In this document: piece after piece, positions 22,284 through 24,214 of the stretch | How the letters are laid out: each line of letters starts with the position of its first letter | Position numbering within the stretch: the stretch's first letter is position 1 | Source: Spizellomyces punctatus DAOM BR117 | Lineage: Eukaryota | DNA: 24,214 nt | Assembly: GCA_000182565.2 (NCBI GenBank) | Contig: KQ257464.1 | Strand: one strand, 5' to 3' | The notes under the pieces: generated by a model | Seen by the model: only the letters and a program-made list of their open reading frames with translations | The model's database searches: none | What the model was told of the DNA's origin: nothing | Position numbers and translations under genes: made by a program

Positions 22284-22811
22284 TTAGGTCTTTGTAACTG
22301 GCTCTCCACAGTATTCTACAACGATTCTGTAAATATCTTTCAATTGATACCCTGTTCCTTTTGATACAAATTTGTTCATACTGGCAGCCAAAGCCTGTTC
22401 CTCATACTGACGCTCCATGAATCCGGACACTCCTATTATAGGCGTTTGATCTAGATTGTGTTCCCTCTCATACGGTCTTATTTCATGTGTTACTTCCACT
22501 CCATTTTTGTAAGGCATGTCGATATCAACAAAAATGATATTAAATCATTGCTTTTTAAAGAGTTCAACGGCCTCAATACTGTCAGATGCTGTGAATACCG
22601 TAACATTAGGTTCTCTCTTCCAGAACCTCGTAAACATTGATCTTAAAACAGGTTCATCTTCCGCTAACATTATATTGATCGTCTTACCATCAGGTGGTGG
22701 TGTGGGTGATTTCCCAGAAGCATTGGCAAGAATCCGGTACAGTTGTTTGACTAGAGGAAAAATCTTATCTACAATAGATGATTCGGCATCAAAGACAACA
22801 TGTTCTGGCAT
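22284..22811 (-). pseudogene. Stand-alone response-regulator receiver (CheY-like REC) domain protein, one internal TGA
   Basis: Two in-frame ORFs give NIMLAEDEPVLR...ASDSIEAVELFKKQ*FNIIFVDIDMPYKNGVEVTHEIR...TPIIGVSG...MNKFVSK. The acidic pair, phospho-acceptor Asp, Ser and Lys are all present. Confidence 0.9.
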
Positions 22812-22912
22812 AGGTCGATAGATGGAGAAAATCTATTGATAAAACATGAAATAAAATGTCTATATAAGAGGTAAACCGGCTTCTATTCTTAGAATACAGA
22901 TCAGCCCTGAAA

Positions 22913-23956
22913 ATGCAACAAGACCACCAATCCATTGATGCCAAGTCGGCTCTATATGAAATGCTACATGCCATCCTTGACAGGATTCAGCAGTCACCCA
23001 ACACCAAGAAACAGGATAAATCGCGTCTAAATCAACTCAAAGGCAACAATCTTCTTTCCTTGTTCCAAACACCTGAGATACTCATTAGCAGGATCAAGGA
23101 AAAATGGACAAATGAGCATACATATAACAATTATATCAAATTGGTGTCAAAAATAGCACGTAACACTACAAGGGCTGAAAAGGCAATGATCCTTCATCTA
23201 GCAGAGGATGCAATGGACGACCTTGATAGTCATTTNNNNNNNNNNNNNNNNNNNNNNNNNNNNNNNNNNNNNNNNNNNNNNNNNNNNNNNNNNNNNNNNN
23301 NNNNNNNNNNNNNNNNNNNNNNNNNNNNNNNNNNNAAAAATGAAGCAGCATCCCAAGAGATGACCCAGGAAGATATCGCCAATTATGTCCCTTACAGCGA
23401 ACTCTTAGCAGGATTGAAAGTCGCTTTGACATTCATCAATGAGGGAAATATAGTGGAGCATCAATTTCTAATTGCTCTTGGGATGAACCTGGATGCAGAT
23501 AAAATTCGTAGATGCGATATTTTCAAAGCGATGATTAGCGAAGACGCTAATGTTATGGTGAACAACGAAGGGAAAACTGTCTTCATCCAAAAATGCAACA
23601 AGACTGGTGAAAAGAATGTCCTCATTCAGATGGGAAACCTCATTCAGCCATATGTAAACATGTTAGCAAACGTTAGAAAGGCCAATGGACAGGATTGTCT
23701 TTTTCTAAAACCTGATGGAAGTATTCCAACCGATGCCTGGTATAGCGATGAATTTGGTAATGCTATGGAATGAATGTTTGGAAAGCGTGTAACACAGAAA
23801 CGCCTTCGAATTTCAGTGGGGATGCATCTTTCTGAAACGGATAATGGAGATCATGCTTATCAGAAGGAAATCAAACATAGGATGGGTCATACCTATGCTG
23901 TTCATCAGTGCTATTACAATCTGTTCAAGTCATTTGTAGAACAGCCTAGGAATTAG
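22913..23956 (+). pseudogene. Tyrosine recombinase (phage-integrase fold), spanning an assembly gap, one internal TGA
   Basis: Ordered catalytic pattern IRRCD (R), NKT (K), LFLKPDG, KRLRIS (H-x-x-R variant), MGHT (H) and CYY (Y). TGA at 23771 is followed in frame by ORF 23774..23956. Confidence 0.8.
23236..23335. other. Assembly gap (100 N)
   Basis: Run of N; true length and reading frame across it are unknown. Confidence 0.99.
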
Positions 23957-24214
23957 TGACTGTTTTCATAATCATTTACTGCATCTCTTGCATTATGTAT
24001 AAGTTCACTTCTCAGCTCCCAAGTTGACTGATCACGGTCATATCCTCTCCATAATACTTCATATTCTACTACTTGTCTTCCACCGACTCGACGTGTTCTT
24101 TTATCTAACAATGCTTCAACTTCATACTCACCTTCTGGTACTTCCTCTTCATCGTCTTCAATCTCAGGTTCAACTTGCGGAGCCTCCCCAGCGGCATCCT
24201 CTTTAGGAATTAGA
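23953..24214 (-). CDS. C-terminal chromodomain of a gene entering from the right, probably an rve-type integrase
   Basis: Not in the ORF track: ...EDDEEEVPEGEYEVEALLDKRTRRVGGRQVVEYEVLWRGYDRDQSTWELRSELIHNARDAVNDYENSH*. Its stop overlaps the recombinase stop (TTAG, 23953-23956). Integrase identity is inferred. Confidence 0.8.
   Translation of the reverse strand, partial: LIPKEDAAGEAPQVEPEIEDDEEEVPEGEYEVEALLDKRTRRVGGRQVVEYEVLWRGYDRDQSTWELRSELIHNARDAVNDYENSH

Larger units (their letters stand above)
15500..24214. mobile_element. Left arm of an endogenous virus-like DNA element (Polinton-like virus/virophage-type gene content); continues beyond the window
   Basis: Sharp junction inside the retro integrase, terminal palindrome and subterminal repeats, lower GC, compact intronless genes, Prim-Pol/D5 helicase, tyrosine recombinase and a chromodomain tail. 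No capsid or packaging ATPase gene is in the window, so the viral class is inferred. Confidence 0.8.

Noticed and set aside
17826-23956. Alternative genetic code (TGA as sense) in the virus-like element
   Set aside because: The same TGA pattern affects the Fanzor and retrotransposon at positions where Arg is expected, and it comes with other CpG-type changes. Genes also end in TGA (20325). Decay is the simpler explanation.

Overview
Eukaryotic (fungal) genomic DNA, most likely from a Spizellomyces-like chytrid. That assignment is inferred from short GT-AG introns and from a Fanzor fragment nearly identical to my recollection of SpuFz1. The left half (1-11.7 kb) holds ordinary host genes: a PPR protein, an F-box protein, an mL45/Mba1 Tim44-like protein, a membrane RING protein, DPM1 and mitochondrial Phe-tRNA synthetase. 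The right half is a three-level nest of mobile DNA. (1) A Fanzor1 gene is cut at 12654 by (2) a minus-strand chromodomain Ty3/Gypsy LTR retrotransposon with an extra 3' ORF. Its integrase is cut at 15499 by (3) an AT-richer, intronless virus-like (Polinton-like-virus-type) element that runs off the window. Element 3 encodes a Prim-Pol/D5 primase-helicase between two 332-bp CTAG-rich direct repeats, zinc-ribbon proteins, a stand-alone response-regulator receiver, a tyrosine recombinase and a chromodomain C-terminus (probably an rve integrase). It begins with a perfect 21-bp TG...CA palindrome. The same terminal 26 nt occur 900 bp away as a 28-bp TG...CA stub with a 5-bp target duplication, which looks like an excision scar. 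All three mobile layers are decayed by CpG transitions.
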